The notes under the pieces are model-generated. The model ran no database searches. It saw only the letters and a list, made by a program, of their open reading frames with translations, and was not told where the DNA came from. Both the position numbers and the translations under genes were made by a program. 64,000 bases of DNA, from the NCBI GenBank assembly GCA_963814475.1, contig CAWFDA010000044.1, forward strand, positions 146,589 through 210,588, written 5' to 3'. This stretch comes from an uncultured Bacteroidota bacterium (GTDB taxonomy: Bacteria; Bacteroidota; Bacteroidia; AKYH767-A; OLB10). Below are positions 61,950-64,000 of this stretch, in pieces (the stretch's first letter is position 1; each line of letters opens with the position of its first letter).

Positions 61950-62984
61950 TTACACTTTTATTTTTTCAGTAACAACCAAAAGACTCGTTTTCACAAGAGA
62001 TCCCATTGACTTGCATTCCAGAAATCTGTTGTCATTGTAATGTGAAGTTAATTCAGCAGCGAGGTTACTGATTTTTTCAGGTGTTGAAATGGTGTCGTTG
62101 ACCATACAATTTAGTAAATCATTAAGCATTTTTCCTGCCGCCTTCATACGTTTTGATATCAGTGTGAATTCTTCTCGCTGATATTGTTGAAGGGTTTGCT
62201 CCGACATGTGTTTGATACATAAATCGACAAACGGTTTGTTCTCTTTGTAAAATTGTGGCAAATAAAAATTCTTTCGCCCCTCGTAACTTTGCTGATCAAA
62301 ATCTATTGCTCGAATTCTGTAATGTACCTCCTCGAAATCGGGTGTAATATCAATAACAAAATTGTAGGAGCGCATATCGCCTAGCAACTTCACAAAACAT
62401 CGTGCGTTAAACTTTACGAATTCTTTCGCAAGTCGAATCTCATTCAAATCTTCACTGTAAATGTTGTTCTCAATAAACATATCGCCGGGCAACCCTGCTA
62501 TATGTTCTTCAATTAATGTGTCGGCATAAACAAAATAGGAGATTCGGTTAGGGGAAAGGATGTGTTCCAATTCCAATCCATAAATACGAGATGCATCTGC
62601 CTTCTTTACATAAAAATAATCGTAATTGTCGTTGTAGTTATTGACAATGCGAATTCTAAATGGATTGGAATTACCAAAAGTGCAATAATCAATTCTGTCG
62701 ACATACAAATGCTCGGTTACCGTTGTGTCTCCTCCGGTTTTTAAAAGCGCATAGATAGTGGTGAGCGATTTGTTTAATGATGCCATTTCATCGCCTGCAT
62801 ATAGAACGCTTTCCCAAAGAGTATCTTTGCCTTTTTTATTGTACAAAGGCACTGCATTATTGTAACGAGTCAAATCAGTGTAATGAAGCTCCAATTCTAT
62901 CTCTCTTGAATAATAATTGAGGTACTCTCGAAGCTGATCGTTAACCGGATAATGTGGTTTTTTCTTTTGGATTTCGTTTTCCAT
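61950..62984 (-). CDS. Hypothetical protein
   Basis: 344-aa ORF with a coding-like composition. I do not recognise a family. Confidence 0.4.
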   Translation of the reverse strand: MENEIQKKKPHYPVNDQLREYLNYYSREIELELHYTDLTRYNNAVPLYNKKGKDTLWESVLYAGDEMASLNKSLTTIYALLKTGGDTTVTEHLYVDRIDYCTFGNSNPFRIRIVNNYNDNYDYFYVKKADASRIYGLELEHILSPNRISYFVYADTLIEEHIAGLPGDMFIENNIYSEDLNEIRLAKEFVKFNARCFVKLLGDMRSYNFVIDITPDFEEVHYRIRAIDFDQQSYEGRKNFYLPQFYKENKPFVDLCIKHMSEQTLQQYQREEFTLISKRMKAAGKMLNDLLNCMVNDTISTPEKISNLAAELTSHYNDNRFLECKSMGSLVKTSLLVVTEKIKV

Positions 62985-62987
62985 CCA

Positions 62988-63629
62988 TTATAGTTTTCTA
63001 GCAATCATCAATCCATCTCTAATTGGAAAAATAACTTTTTCTACACGACTGTCATTGTAAATTTTCTGATTGTACTCATCAATAGCTTTAGTTTCATCAT
63101 CCATTTCTTTTTTATTCTTGAGAATATTTCCACTCCATAAAACATTGTCGGCAATTATAAATCCACCTTGCTTAACTTTATCGAAAACTAAATCGTAATA
63201 GTTGCTATAATTTTCTTTATCGGCATCAATAAATACCATGTCAAATTGTTCATTCAAAGTTGGAATTATTTGCATTGCATTTCCAATCATCGGAAAAATA
63301 GTATTTTCCATTCCTGCTTTACGGATGTAAGTTTTAACCATATCTTCCAGCTCTTCGTTAATATCAATAGTGATAATTTTGCCACCTGCTTTTAGACCTT
63401 CAGCAAAACACAAGGCTGAATAGCCTGTGTAGGTTCCTATTTCTAGGATGGTTTGTGGTTTTATCATGTGTGTGATCATCGAAAGAACACGACCTTGCAA
63501 ATGGCCTGACAACATTCTTGGCATAATTATTTTTGCATAGGTTTCGCGATTTAATTCGCTCAGTAAAAATGGTTCGTTGCCGGAATGCTTTTCAATATAG
63601 GCTGTTAGCTTTTCATCAAGAAAGTCCAT
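62988..63629 (-). CDS. Class I SAM-dependent O-methyltransferase (family 3, caffeoyl-CoA OMT-like)
   Basis: TILEIGTYTGYSALCFAEGL SAM-binding motif; 213 aa. Confidence 0.75.
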   Translation of the reverse strand: MDFLDEKLTAYIEKHSGNEPFLLSELNRETYAKIIMPRMLSGHLQGRVLSMITHMIKPQTILEIGTYTGYSALCFAEGLKAGGKIITIDINEELEDMVKTYIRKAGMENTIFPMIGNAMQIIPTLNEQFDMVFIDADKENYSNYYDLVFDKVKQGGFIIADNVLWSGNILKNKKEMDDETKAIDEYNQKIYNDSRVEKVIFPIRDGLMIARKL

Positions 63630-63666
63630 GGTGATAGTTTTATTATATGTGGTTAATGTTATTTTG

Positions 63667-64000
63667 TTATTTATTGTTTAATCTATTTAGTCCGGCCTCC
63701 GCCTTTTGATCAATGCTATTTTGATATTCATGGTTTCGTAAGGATAAACATTTTTTATACCACATTATTGCTTCGCTGTTTTTTTGCAACTGCTCATACA
63801 ACATACCATTTAGCAATGCTGAATTAGCTGCAAAATACCAGCTTTGATTACGGCCATTTTCAAACGTTTTTGTGTAATAAACAATTGCCTTTTCATTAAG
63901 TTCCTTTTTGTCGAATATACGAGCTAATCGGTAGGTGAATTCTAACTGATCTTTCAACCTGGGAAACATCGCCGGTGGTTTGCTCGCCAATTCTGCAAGT
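63667..64000 (-). CDS. Tetratricopeptide-repeat protein, partial; continues past the window end
   Basis: TPR-like W/Y/A spacing (AIVYYTKTFENG, AIMWYKKCLSL). The frame is open to position 64000. Confidence 0.5.
   Translation of the reverse strand, partial: LAELASKPPAMFPRLKDQLEFTYRLARIFDKKELNEKAIVYYTKTFENGRNQSWYFAANSALLNGMLYEQLQKNSEAIMWYKKCLSLRNHEYQNSIDQKAEAGLNRLNNK

Overview
The window is a 64-kb chromosomal segment that looks like Bacteroidota, about 38-40% GC. I infer the phylum from three things: T9SS-type C-terminal sorting domains on several secreted proteins, an 11-subunit nuo operon lacking nuoEFG, and a candidate Bacteroidetes -7 promoter box.

Most of the window is housekeeping:
- partial aroA, an alkaline-phosphatase-family enzyme, crcB, a PAP2 phosphatase;
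- an obg-adk-hpt cluster, purK-purE, a GH1 beta-glucosidase, and an LpxH-like/glycosyltransferase pair;
- ubiE, trkH, aspC, a methylmalonyl-CoA-mutase-family catalytic subunit, pruA, uvrA, a LOG-family protein;
- the complete respiratory complex I operon nuoA-BC-D-H-I-J-K-L-M-N.

The most system-like locus is a co-oriented cluster at 36.5-45.7 kb:
- a receiver protein;
- a hybrid sensor kinase (REC-PAS-HisKA-HATPase-REC-HPt);
- a sigma-54 enhancer-binding response regulator that lacks a DNA-binding domain;
- after a terminator, a small transmembrane protein, a 1142-aa beta-helix-like T9SS cargo protein, and a membrane-anchored LamG-like protein.

Three other things stand out. Intergenic spacers are packed with short tandem 'word' repeats, a ~50-bp REP-like palindromic element occurs four times (once inside the nuo operon), and a 14-bp perfect palindrome is arrayed seven times with one solitary copy upstream of nuoA. 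At least 14 single-base frameshifts split otherwise full-length essential genes (purK, pruA, uvrA x3, nuoL x3, nuoH, nuoD, nuoA, fpr-like, two T9SS cargo genes). Several sit in homopolymer runs, so I favour assembly indel errors over real pseudogenes, but I cannot rule out genuine decay. I found no CRISPR array, tRNA, rRNA or transposase/integrase.
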